The notes under the pieces were generated by a model. It was not told where the DNA came from. It ran no database searches and saw only the letters and a list, made by a program, of their open reading frames with translations. A DNA stretch of 64,000 nucleotides from an uncultured Candidatus Rokubacteria bacterium (GTDB taxonomy: Bacteria > Methylomirabilota > Methylomirabilia > Rokubacteriales > CSP1-6), in the NCBI GenBank assembly GCA_963747235.1, contig CAVVEU010000024.1:544001-608000 (forward strand), written 5' to 3'. Positions 45,297 through 54,827 of the stretch are shown here, piece after piece. The translations under genes and the position numbers were made by a program. The stretch's first letter is position 1, and each line of letters begins with the position of its first letter.

Positions 45297-46874
45297 ATGA
45301 GATGGCTCAAGCGCCACACGCTCACCGCGGCGGTGGTCTCCCTGCTACTGGCCCTCGCCCTCTGGCACTTCTACCCGGGCGTGCCCGCCCAGTGGCTCTT
45401 CCTGGGCCTGGGGGGCGCCCTGCTGCTGCTCTCGCTCGCCTTCAACGCGGGCGAGGCGCGCACCGCGATGGGCACCCGCACCGCGCGCTACGGCGCGGGG
45501 GCGGCGGTGATGGCGCTGCTCGCCCTCGGCATCGTGGTGGCGGCCAACGCGATCTCGCTCCGGCACAGCGTCCGCTGGGACTTCACCGAGAACAAGCGCA
45601 ACAGCGTCTCGCCCCAGACGATCCAGGTGCTGCGGACCCTGAAGGCTCCGGTCAGCGCGATCGCCTTCTTCCGCTCCGACACCCCGGGCAAGAAGGTGGC
45701 GGAGGACCTGCTCACCCAGTACGCGACCTACTCGCGCGGCAAGTTCACGTGGCGCCTGGAGGACACCGACCGGGCGCCCGCCCTGGCCCGGCAGTACGGG
45801 GTGGAGAGCTACGGCACCGTGGTGCTGGAGGGCGGCCCGGCGGGCCAGACGCGCACCGAGAAGGTGCAGGACGCCGAGGAGGAGAAGCTCACCAACGCCA
45901 TCGTCAAGATCACCCGCGCGGGCAAGCGGGTCGTCTACGTGCTCAAGGGCCACGGCGAGCGCGAGATCGGGAGCACCGACCGGGCCGGCTTCAGCCAGGC
46001 CAAGGAGCAGATGGAGAAGGCCAACTACGAGGTCAAGGACCTCTTCCTGGCCCGGGACCCGAAGATCCCCGAGGACGCGGCGATCGTGATGGTGCCGAGC
46101 CCGAAGACGGATCTCTTCCCGCAGGAGCTGGCCGCGCTCGACGGCTACATCGCGAAGGCGGGCAAGGTCTTCTTCATGACCGCGCCCTTCCAGGCCGATA
46201 CCACCGCGAAGTACCTGACCAAGTACGGGATCGTGGTGGACGAGGACGTGGTGATCGAGCTCAACCCGATCGGCCAGCTCTTCGGGGTGGGCCCGCTCGT
46301 CCCGGTGGTGGGGCAGTACGAGCCGCATCCGATCACCAAGGACATGGGCGGGGTCATGACGCTGTTCCCGCTCACCCGCTCGGTGGCGCCGGCCAAGGCG
46401 CTGCCGAAGGGCGTGCAGGCCTCGGTGCTGGCCCAGACGAGCCGCCAGTCGTGGGGCGAGACCGACAAGGCCGTGTTCCAGACCGGCAAGGCCACCCCGG
46501 ATCCCAACGAGAAGACGGGGCCGCTCTCGGTGGCGCTGGTGGCCACGGTGGACGCGCAGCCCGATCCGAAGGCGGAGGGCGACGCGGCCAAGAAGGCGCC
46601 CAAGGCCCGCCTCGTGGTGGTGGGCACCGCCGACTTCGCCTCCAACCAGTTCCTGGGGGCGCAGGGCAATCGCGACTTCTTCCTCAACATCGTGTCCTGG
46701 CTCGCGGAGGAGGAGGATCTCATCTCGATCCGCGCCAAGGATCCGAAGCAGAACCCGGTGGTGCTGACCTCCGGCCAGTCCCGGCTGGTGCTGGGCCTGC
46801 CGATCCTGGTGCTGCCGGGCGCCGTCCTGATCTGCGGCATCGCGGTGATCATGCAGCGGCGCCGCGCGCGCTAG
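45297..46874 (+). CDS. GldG-family ABC auxiliary protein
   Basis: WDFTENK, EEKLTNAI, GHGE, GNRDFFLNIVSWL; N- and C-terminal TM helices. Confidence 0.88.
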   Translation: MRWLKRHTLTAAVVSLLLALALWHFYPGVPAQWLFLGLGGALLLLSLAFNAGEARTAMGTRTARYGAGAAVMALLALGIVVAANAISLRHSVRWDFTENKRNSVSPQTIQVLRTLKAPVSAIAFFRSDTPGKKVAEDLLTQYATYSRGKFTWRLEDTDRAPALARQYGVESYGTVVLEGGPAGQTRTEKVQDAEEEKLTNAIVKITRAGKRVVYVLKGHGEREIGSTDRAGFSQAKEQMEKANYEVKDLFLARDPKIPEDAAIVMVPSPKTDLFPQELAALDGYIAKAGKVFFMTAPFQADTTAKYLTKYGIVVDEDVVIELNPIGQLFGVGPLVPVVGQYEPHPITKDMGGVMTLFPLTRSVAPAKALPKGVQASVLAQTSRQSWGETDKAVFQTGKATPDPNEKTGPLSVALVATVDAQPDPKAEGDAAKKAPKARLVVVGTADFASNQFLGAQGNRDFFLNIVSWLAEEEDLISIRAKDPKQNPVVLTSGQSRLVLGLPILVLPGAVLICGIAVIMQRRRAR

Positions 46875-46878
46875 CCCC

Positions 46879-48655
46879 ATGGCGCGAGGCAAGACCCTCG
46901 TCGTTCTCCTGCTCCTCGCCGCCGGTCTCGGCGGCTTCTTCTACTACGACACCTACTGGCTCAACCCCAAGCGCGAGAAGGCGGAGTCCGCGAAGGGGCG
47001 CATCTGGACCGTCGAGCCCAAGGACGTCGAGGGCGTCACCATCGCCCGCAAGGGCGAGACCGTCCGGCTGAAGCGCACCGCGGACGGCTGGGAGATGCTC
47101 GAGCCCCTGCGCGTGCGGGCCGACAAGGCCGCGGTGGACGACATGGTGACCGGCCTCGCCACCGCGCGCATGGACCGCGAGATCGATCCCAATCCGGCCA
47201 AGCCGGCCGATTTCGGGCTCGCGCCCCCGGAGGCGGAGGTGCGCCTCGACGTCAAGGGCGCCGCCGCGCCGCTCGTCCTCCGGGTGGGCAGCAAGAACCC
47301 GACCGGGGTCTGGGTCTACGCGCGCGAGGGCGACAAGCCCGCGGTGATGACGATGTCGGAGAGCGTCGCGCGCGACACCGCGCGCCCGGTGGCCGATTTC
47401 CGCGATCGCAGCGTGATGGCCTTCGACCGGCGCAATCTGACCGGCCTCGACCTCGACGTGGCCGGCGATCAGATCGGCCTCGTCGCCGACGAGCCGGGCA
47501 AGTGGCGCATCGTGAAGCCGCGCCCGCTCCGCGCCGACGCGGACATGGTGGCCGATTTCCTCGAGAAGCTGGAAGGCGCCAAGGCGCTCGAGTTCGCGGA
47601 CGACGCGCCGAAGTCGCTCGCGCCCTACGGGCTCGACAAGCCGTCCCGCGTCACGGTGTGGCTCGGCCGCGACAAGGACCGCTCGTCCCGGACCCTGCTG
47701 GTGGGGCGCCCGGTGCCGGAGAAGAAAGGCGTCTACGTCAAGCGCGACGGCGAGCCGGGCGTGCTCCTGACCGCGGAGGCGGTGTGGACGACGTTCCCGA
47801 AGACGGTGGCGGTGCTGCGCGACAAGACCGTCGTCACCTACGCCTACGACAAGCTCACGAAGGTGGAGCTCGCGCACGGGCGCGGCAGCGTCACGCTGGA
47901 GAAGGACGGCACCGGCTGGAAGCTCACCGCGCCCGAGGCGCTCCGAGGCCGATTCGTCCGCGGTGACCGGGCTCCTGTGGAAGATCCGCGACCTGCGCGC
48001 GCTCGGCTTTCTCGCCGAGAGCCCTGCCGAGGCCCCGCGCTTCCTGCCCCGGCCCGAGGTCACGGTGCGGCTCTGGGAGGAGGGCGCCAAGGAGCCGAAG
48101 ACGCTCCTGCTGCAGTCCTCGACGGAGCGCCGCGGCGGGCAGCCCGTGGCGGTGGCCGCGGTGCGAGGGGAGGGCCCCGTGATGCTGGTCGACGGGAAGA
48201 TGCTCGCGGACCTCGCCCCGGGGATCGCCGAGCTGCGCGACCGGGCCCTGCTCCCCGCGTTCGAGATCGGCGACGTCAAGAAGGCGCGCGTGGCCGCGGG
48301 CGACAAGCCCCTGGTCGTGGAGAAGAGCGGCGAGTCGGAGTGGAAGGTGGTGGAGCCGGCGCGCGGGAAGACCAAGGAAGGCCGCGTGGCCGGCATGCTC
48401 CTGACGCTCCGGGGCCTCAAGTGGAAGGAGATCGCGGCCAAGGGTCCGGAGGACGCGGCCAAGTGGGGCCTCGACAAGCCCGAGGTGGAGCTGACCCTGT
48501 TCAAGGACGGCGGCGCCGAGCTGGCCACGCTCTTGGTCGGGCGCACCGACGGCGCCGTGACCTACGTGAAGTTGAAGGCCGAGCCCGGCATCTTCGCGGT
48601 GTCCAGCAAGGACCTGGACGACCTGCGCAAGGCAAGAGCCGAGATTCCCTCCTGA
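46879..48655 (+). CDS. DUF4340 repeat protein, frameshift ~47945
   Basis: N-terminal anchor; repeated units with FGL/YGLDKP/WGLDKP and RD boundaries. Confidence 0.8.
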
Positions 48656-48722
48656 AACCCGGCTTCTCCGGCCGGGGCGACAGTGGCAGAATAGGGTTGT
48701 CCAGAGAGGCGTCCGATCGATC

Positions 48723-49112
48723 ATGAGCCTACGCGCCGTCGTCGCCAGTCTCGCGCTGCTCGCCCTGGCCGGCTCGCTCGGTCCGGCAATCGCCGGTGAG
48801 CTGCGGCCGACCGTGCTGGCGCCGAATCCCTTCGCCATGACGCCGCCTCCCGGGCCCCTCGAGCCCCGCCCCACGCCCAGCGTGCCGGTCCGGCCGCCCC
48901 ACGGCCACCCCGGCCGCCCGCCGGTCTTCTCGGCCCCGTCGGTGGTCTGCTGCGCGGGTTACTGGGCCTATCAATGGGTGCCCACCGCGTACACGACCTA
49001 TGTGTGGGTGCCGGGATACATCACGGCGGAGGGGGTCATGGTCGGCGGCTCCTACCAGCCGCAGCTCGTGAGCGGCGGGTACTATCAGCTCGTGTGGGTG
49101 AGCGGGAACTGA
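48723..49112 (+). CDS. Hypothetical secreted Pro-rich protein with aromatic WVPGY-like repeats
   Basis: Signal peptide, Pro-rich linker, GYWAYQWVP/YVWVPGY/GYYQLVWV. Confidence 0.65.
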   Translation: MSLRAVVASLALLALAGSLGPAIAGELRPTVLAPNPFAMTPPPGPLEPRPTPSVPVRPPHGHPGRPPVFSAPSVVCCAGYWAYQWVPTAYTTYVWVPGYITAEGVMVGGSYQPQLVSGGYYQLVWVSGN

Positions 49113-49798
49113 TGGCGCAGCCTCCGCTCTACCTGAAGCAGATCGAGCTGGGGCCGATGCAGAACTTCGTCTACCTCATCGGCGACCAGGCGAGCCGCGA
49201 GTGCGTGGTGGTGGATCCGGCGTGGGAGATCGACGGTATCGCGGACCTGGCGGCCAAGGACGACATGCGGCTCATCGGCGCGCTGGTCACCCACACCCAT
49301 CAGGACCACGTGGGCGGCCACCTCTTCGGCCACGACATCCCGGGCGTGGAAGAGCTGCTCGCCAAGCACCCCATGAAGGTCTACGTGCACGAGGCCGAGC
49401 GCGAGTTCCTCAAGGGCTTCGGCTCGGACGTGGTGCAGGTGCGGGGCGGGGACACGCTCCAGGTGGGGCAGGTGCCGCTGACGTTCATCCACACGCCCGG
49501 GCACACGCCGGGCTCGCAGTGCTTCCTGGTGGACGGCTGCCTCATCTCCGGCGACACGCTCTTCATCCGCTCGTGCGGCCGCACCGATCTGCCCGGCAGC
49601 GATCCCCAGGAGATGTATACCTCGCTCACGCAGCGCCTGGGCGCGCTGCCCGAGGAGACGGTGGTGCTGCCCGGCCACAACTACGGCGGCTCGCAGACCA
49701 CCATCGGCGCCGAGAAGCGCCAGAACCCGATGATGCGCTTTCCGTCCATGAGCGACTTCATGCGCGCCATGGGCGGTGGTCGCGTCGGCCGCACATAA
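49112..49798 (+). CDS. MBL-fold metallo-hydrolase (glyoxalase II-like)
   Basis: THTHQDHVGG, TPGHTPG, SGDTLF, PGH. Confidence 0.9.
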   Translation: MAQPPLYLKQIELGPMQNFVYLIGDQASRECVVVDPAWEIDGIADLAAKDDMRLIGALVTHTHQDHVGGHLFGHDIPGVEELLAKHPMKVYVHEAEREFLKGFGSDVVQVRGGDTLQVGQVPLTFIHTPGHTPGSQCFLVDGCLISGDTLFIRSCGRTDLPGSDPQEMYTSLTQRLGALPEETVVLPGHNYGGSQTTIGAEKRQNPMMRFPSMSDFMRAMGGGRVGRT

Positions 49799-50685
49799 CC
49801 GCACCCGCCCTCCTCGTCGTCAACCCCGCGGCCGGCGGCGGCCGCGCCCGGCGCCTCTGGCCATCCCTCCGCGACTCGCTCACCCGGCAGCGCTTCGCCT
49901 TCGAGATGGTCGAGACGCGCGGGCGCGGCCACGCCGCGACGCTGGCCGCCGAGGCCGCGCGGGCCGGCGTCTCCCTCGTGGTCGCGGTGGGCGGCGACGG
50001 CACGCTGAACGAGGTGGTCAATGGCCTCGTCCCGCTGCGCGCGGAGCATCCGGTGACCGTCGGCGCGCTCATGACCGGACGCGGGCGCGATGCCTGCCGC
50101 AACCTGGGCCTCGCGCGGGATCCCCGGCGCGCCGCGCGCCGCCTCGTGGAGGGACGCGTCGTCGCGCTGGATGTCGGGCTGGCCCGGTGGCCGGGTGGCC
50201 ACCGGTACTTCCTGGGCTCGGCCGGCACGGGATTCGACGCGGTGGTGGCCGCGCGGACCGGCGCGCGTGGCGGGCGGCTGATCTACGCGCGCGCGGTGCT
50301 GACGAGCTTGCGCGACTACCGGCCCGCCGAGATCGCGGTGCGCCTGGACGATGCCGACGCGTGGGCCGGCCCCGCGGCGAGCGTGGTGGTGTGCAACGGC
50401 GCCTGGTTCGGGGGCGGCATGCGCATCGCGCCGGGCGCCCGCCCCGACGACGGCCTCCTCGACGTGGTCCGGCTGGGCGCGCTCGGCCGGCTCGAGCTGG
50501 CCGGCTGGCTCCCCACCGTGTACTGGGGCGGCCATCTCGCCAATCCCCGGATCGCGCTCCGGCGCGCGGCCCGGGTGCGGGTGGACGCGGCCGCGCCGCT
50601 TCCGGTCCAGCTCGACGGTGAGCTCGGCGCCCACACCCCGCTCGACATCGAGATCTGCCCCGGCGCCCTCCGCCTCCTGGTGTAG
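49795..50685 (+). CDS. Diacylglycerol kinase family (YegS/DgkB-like) lipid kinase; start appears to be ATA
   Basis: VVNPAAG, VGGDGTLNEVVNG, GFDA, FGGGM, DDGLLD, QLDGE. Confidence 0.85.
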   Translation: MTAPALLVVNPAAGGGRARRLWPSLRDSLTRQRFAFEMVETRGRGHAATLAAEAARAGVSLVVAVGGDGTLNEVVNGLVPLRAEHPVTVGALMTGRGRDACRNLGLARDPRRAARRLVEGRVVALDVGLARWPGGHRYFLGSAGTGFDAVVAARTGARGGRLIYARAVLTSLRDYRPAEIAVRLDDADAWAGPAASVVVCNGAWFGGGMRIAPGARPDDGLLDVVRLGALGRLELAGWLPTVYWGGHLANPRIALRRAARVRVDAAAPLPVQLDGELGAHTPLDIEICPGALRLLV

Positions 50686-50690
50686 CGCCG

Positions 50691-51449
50691 CTAGAGGGCG
50701 GACATGCCTCCGTCCACGAAGAGCACCTGGCCGGTGATGTAGTCGGAGCAGGTGGCGAAGAAGCGGACCGCCTCCGCCACGTCGGCGGGCCGCCCGTGCC
50801 GGCCCATCGGGATGCGCGCGGCGAGGCGGCGCCCCGATTCGCGCGGGAAGCCCTCGGGCAGCAGCACCACCCCGGGCGCGACCGCGTTCACCTGGATGCG
50901 CGGGGCCAGGGCCACCGCGAGGCCGCGGGTGAGCATGACCACGCCCGCCTTGGAGATGCCGTAGGGCACGTAGCCGGCCCAGGCGCGCACCGCGCCGACG
51001 TCCGCGATGTTGATGATGCGCCCGCCGCGCCGGCCCATGGCGCGGGCGGCCGCCTGGCTCACGAAGAACGGCGCGCGCAGGTTGACCGCGAGGAGCCGGT
51101 CGAACTGGGCGGGGGTGGTGGTGAGCACCGGCGTGCGGAAGAAGAGCGCCGCGTTGTTGACCAGGATGTCGAGACGGCCCAGGCGCCGCACCGCGCCCGC
51201 CACGAGCGCGCGCGCCTCGCGCGGCCGCGCCACGTCGGCGCGCAGCGCGACCGCGCGCACGCCGCGCGCCTCGAGCTCGCGCACCGCGGCGCGCGCCTCC
51301 ACGGCCGAGCGGCGGTAGCCCACCGCCACGTCGGCGCCCGCGTCCGCGAGCGCGCGCGCGATCTCGAGGCCGACGCGCACCGCACCGCCGGTGACGAGCG
51401 CCACCTTGCCGGTCAGTTCCTTGACTTGCCCTGGGCCGTGTGGTCTCAT
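50691..51449 (-). CDS. SDR oxidoreductase (pteridine reductase/FolM-like); start uncertain
   Basis: TGGAVRVG, NNAALF, YGISK, NAVAPG, TGQVLFVDGG. Confidence 0.85.
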   Translation of the reverse strand: MRPHGPGQVKELTGKVALVTGGAVRVGLEIARALADAGADVAVGYRRSAVEARAAVRELEARGVRAVALRADVARPREARALVAGAVRRLGRLDILVNNAALFFRTPVLTTTPAQFDRLLAVNLRAPFFVSQAAARAMGRRGGRIINIADVGAVRAWAGYVPYGISKAGVVMLTRGLAVALAPRIQVNAVAPGVVLLPEGFPRESGRRLAARIPMGRHGRPADVAEAVRFFATCSDYITGQVLFVDGGMSAL

Positions 51450-51458
51450 CGATTTGAC

Positions 51459-52070
51459 ATGTCGGGTAGTTTCCGCAACTGGATGAAGGTTCGGTTCATC
51501 ACCGGACTGTTCTCCACCGTTCCCGCGATCGCCACGGCCTGGCTGCTGTGGGTGTTCTGGAACGCGATCGACGATTTTTTCTCCCCGGTGTACACCCAGA
51601 TCCTCGGCCGGCGCATTCCCGGTCTGGGCTTCCTCACCGCGGTCGTCATCATCTTCATGATGGGCACGATCGCCCGCAACGTGGTCGGCCGGCGCATCCT
51701 CGCCCGCATCGAGCGCCTCTTCGAGCACGTGCCGATCTTCCGCAGCATCTACCCCTCCGTGAAGCAGCTGCTGGAGTCGTTCTCCCCCCAGCAGCGCAAC
51801 TCCTTCAAGGCGGTGGTCCTGGCCGAGCACCCGCGCAAAGGCGAGTACGTCTTCGGCTTCGTCACGTCCGAGCTGCTGCTCGAGGGTGTCGAGGGCAAGC
51901 GCGCCATGGTGACGGTGTTCGTGCCCACGAACAACCTCTACCTGGGTGACGTGATCGTGGTGGCGAAGGAGGAGACGCTGCCCACCGGCCTCACCGTGGA
52001 GGAGGGCATCCGCATCATCCTCTCCGCGGGCACCGCCACGCCGCCCCGGCTGCCGCGCGAGCGGCTCTGA
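51459..52070 (+). CDS. DUF502 membrane protein
   Basis: FITGL, IPGLG, IYPSVKQ, VFVPT, EEGIRIILSAG. Confidence 0.88.
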   Translation: MSGSFRNWMKVRFITGLFSTVPAIATAWLLWVFWNAIDDFFSPVYTQILGRRIPGLGFLTAVVIIFMMGTIARNVVGRRILARIERLFEHVPIFRSIYPSVKQLLESFSPQQRNSFKAVVLAEHPRKGEYVFGFVTSELLLEGVEGKRAMVTVFVPTNNLYLGDVIVVAKEETLPTGLTVEEGIRIILSAGTATPPRLPRERL

Positions 52071-52700
52071 TCACGGGGCCGGCGGCAACCCCGCCAGCCA
52101 GGCCCCGATCGCCTCACCCAGCGGATAGAGCTTGCCGAAGAAGAAGTGGTCCGCCCCCTCGATGATCCGCTCCTCGGCCGAGGTGAGTGCGGCCAGGCGG
52201 TGGAGCGCCTCGACCGGACAGTAAGAATCCGCGGTGCCGGCTACCAGCAGGAGGTGGCCGGGGCCCGCCTGCAGGAAGTCGAGCTCGTACATCCCGAGCG
52301 GCGGGGCGATCAGGCCCAGCGGCGCCTCCGGAGCGCTCGGCCGGGTGGCCCGTGCCGCCATCGCGGCACCGAACGAGTAGCCGATCACCCCGACCCGGCT
52401 CCCGGCGGGCAGATGGGTCGCGAGCGCCGCCATCGCCGCGGTCACGTCCTCCTGCTCGCCGCGCCCCTTGTCGTGGGCCCCCTCGGAGCCGCCCGCCCCG
52501 CGGAAGTTGAAGCGGAGGGTGGCATAGCCGCCCGCCCGCGCGACCTCGGCGGCCCGGATGACCACGGGGTTGTCCATGTCGCCCCCGTAGAGGGGATGAG
52601 GGTGGCAGATGACGAACCCTCCGGTGGGGTTCGCGAGGGGTCCGAGCCGGGCCTCCAGGGCGGGGCCGTCCGGAACGTGGACCGCGAGGGCTTCTTCCAT
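52071..52700 (-). CDS. Alpha/beta hydrolase
   Basis: CHPHPLYGGDMDN, LRFNFRG, GYSFG nucleophile elbow, GADHFF. Confidence 0.9.
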   Translation of the reverse strand: MEEALAVHVPDGPALEARLGPLANPTGGFVICHPHPLYGGDMDNPVVIRAAEVARAGGYATLRFNFRGAGGSEGAHDKGRGEQEDVTAAMAALATHLPAGSRVGVIGYSFGAAMAARATRPSAPEAPLGLIAPPLGMYELDFLQAGPGHLLLVAGTADSYCPVEALHRLAALTSAEERIIEGADHFFFGKLYPLGEAIGAWLAGLPPAP

Positions 52701-52777
52701 AGGAATTCCGACCTTAGGGGGTCCGGCGGGAATATTCAAGGGCCAGACCGCGTCACAGCCTACGAGGTATACTTCCG

Positions 52778-53290
52778 ATGATGCCGAGCCTCGGCTGTCT
52801 CTGGAATCGCCCGCGTCTCGAGCGCCTGGTCGATGGCGCGCTCGGGCCCCGCGCCGGGCGAGCGGCCACGTCTCACGCGGCCCGCTGCCCACGCTGTGGC
52901 GGTGAGGTGGCGCAGCTCACCCGGCTCCGCCTGCTGGTCCGGAGCGCGGCGCCGGACGTGGCCGATCCCGAGTGGGCCGGCTTCTGGCCCGCGGTCCGCG
53001 TCCGGATCGCCGGCGAGGCGCGCCAGCCGGTCCGCGAGTCCTGGTGGCTGCCCGTCTGGAAGCCGGTGTGGGGCCATCCGCGGGTCGCCCTCGGCAGCCT
53101 CATGGTCTCGAGCCTCGCGCTCGGCCTGGTGCTCTGGCCCAGCCCGCCGGTGATGCTGGCGGCGCCGGTGGTCGTGCAGGACGTCTCCTCCGCCGATCCG
53201 GACCGCAGCGTGATGGTCTACTCGAGCCCGGATGACGACGTGACGGTGATCTGGGTCTTCAACCCCGGGGAGCAGGACGAGCAGTCGTAG
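52778..53290 (+). CDS. Anti-sigma-like membrane protein with zinc-binding HxxxCxxC motif
   Basis: LVDGAL...HAARCPRC, one TM helix, short C-terminal beta domain ending VIWV. Confidence 0.7.
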   Translation: MMPSLGCLWNRPRLERLVDGALGPRAGRAATSHAARCPRCGGEVAQLTRLRLLVRSAAPDVADPEWAGFWPAVRVRIAGEARQPVRESWWLPVWKPVWGHPRVALGSLMVSSLALGLVLWPSPPVMLAAPVVVQDVSSADPDRSVMVYSSPDDDVTVIWVFNPGEQDEQS

Positions 53291-54166
53291 CTAGTCCTTC
53301 AAGCTGGCCAGCCGCTCCTTCGCGAGCGGCGCTTCTTCCGATTGCGGAAAGTGCTCGACCAGGTACTGCAGCCGCGCCTGGGCGAGCGCGGTCTGCTTGA
53401 GCTCCACGAGGGCGAGCGCTTCCTTGTAGAGCGCGGTCGGCACCTTGCTGCCGCGCGGGTAGGCGACGACGACCTTCCGGAACTCCTGCACCGCCTGCTC
53501 GAGGTTCTCCCGCGCCTTCTCGGGCTGGCTCGCGGTGGCGCGCGCCATGCTGAAGTAGGCCTCCCCGATCCAGTACTGCGAGCTGTCGGCCAGGGGCGAG
53601 TCCGGGAAGCGCCGCAGGAAGTCACGGAAGCCCGACACCGCGAGCGGATAGAGTCCCTTGCTGAAGTCGAGGTAGGCCGCCTGGTAGCTCTCCTCCGCGC
53701 TGGCCCCGCCGGAGCGGGCCGGCGGGGGGACCGCCGCGACCGACGGCGCGGGCGCGCCGGACGCGCGCGGGCGGGGGAACCGGCGCCGCGCCGCCCGAGG
53801 GCGCCGCGCGCCCGATGGTCTCGACCCGCTGGGACAGCTCGTCCACGCGCGCGGAGACGCGCGCGACTTCCGCGGAGAGCGCGTCGAGCCGCGCGTTGAG
53901 CGCCGCGCTCTGCTTGCCGCTCTCCGCGCTCTGCTCGCGGGTGCGGCGATCGAGCTGGCCCACCACGGTCTCGGTGTCCCCGCGGCCCGCGATGCACCGC
54001 GAGCGTCAGCGAGTTGAGGTCCTGGCGGAGCTGGGCCACGTCCTGCTGCAGGGCCTGGCCGGAGACGTCGGCGCAGCCCGCGGCGGCGGTGAGCGTGACG
54101 GCGAGGAGCGTCCAAGCCGCGAAGGGGAGCCGGAGGCTCCCCTTCGCGGTCGATCTGGACAGACAC
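53291..54166 (-). CDS. cpoB: Tol-Pal associated TPR protein CpoB/YbgF, frameshifts
   Basis: Lipobox AAGC, coiled coil, YQAAY...FPDSPLADSSQYWIGE...KVPTALYK; downstream of pal. Confidence 0.85.
   Translation of the reverse strand: MSVQIDREGEPPAPLRGLDAPRRHAHRRRGLRRRLRPGPAAGRGPAPPGPQLADARGASRAAGTPRPWWASSIAAPASRARRAASRARRSTRGSTRSPRKSRASPRAWTSCPSGSRPSGARRPRAARRRFPRPRASGAPAPSVAAVPPPARSGGASAEESYQAAYLDFSKGLYPLAVSGFRDFLRRFPDSPLADSSQYWIGEAYFSMARATASQPEKARENLEQAVQEFRKVVVAYPRGSKVPTALYKEALALVELKQTALAQARLQYLVEHFPQSEEAPLAKERLASLKD
54117..54149. repeat. Perfect 15-bp palindrome inside the 5' end of cpoB
   Basis: CCGCGAAGGGGAGCC-GGA-GGCTCCCCTTCGCGG. Confidence 0.85.
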
Positions 54167-54183
54167 GACGAACTCCGTGTCGA

Positions 54184-54766
54184 TCAGCGGGCCTTCACGA
54201 GGAAGTGCGCCCGCCGGTTCTTGGCCCAGCATGCTTCGCTGTGCTCGGTGCAGGTGGGCCGCTCCTTGCCGTAGGAGATGATCGTGATCCGGTTGGCCTG
54301 CACGCCCTGGCCGACCAGGTAGTTCATCGTCGCCTTCGCGCGCCGCTCGCCGAGCGCCAGGTTGTACTCGTTGGTGCCGCGCTCGTCGCAGTGGCCTTCG
54401 ATCAGCACGAGATTGTTGTTGGTCTTCAGCCACGTCGCGTTCGTGTCGAGCATCTTGGCGTCGGTGGCCCGGATGTCGTACTTGTCGAAGTCGAAGAAGA
54501 CGTCCTTCAGGTTGTCCGTCTCGCGGAACTCGCTCGGCGCCGGGCGGCGTCGTGCTGGGCGCGGCGGTCGAGGGCGCGACGGTTGACGGCGTCATCGCGG
54601 TGCTCGGCGCAGACGTCGAAGGCGCCGCGGAGGAAGGCGCGGGAGCGCCGGTCGGCGGAGGCGCGGAGGCGGCCGTGGTGGCGGGCCGCTTCGGGCACCC
54701 CGCGAGGAAGAGAGAAAGAACGAGCACTGGAGCAACCAGCAGCACGTTTCCCCGTCGATGCGCCAT
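54184..54766 (-). CDS. pal: Peptidoglycan-associated lipoprotein, frameshift ~54540
   Basis: Lipobox LAGC; FFDFDKYDI, IEGHCDERGTNEYNLALGERRA, SYGKERP, NRR. Confidence 0.93.
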
Positions 54767-54827
54767 GAGTCAAATCCTCCTAGGTTTCATGCGCCTGATG
54801 ATCATTTTTCGTTACCAAAATATCGTA

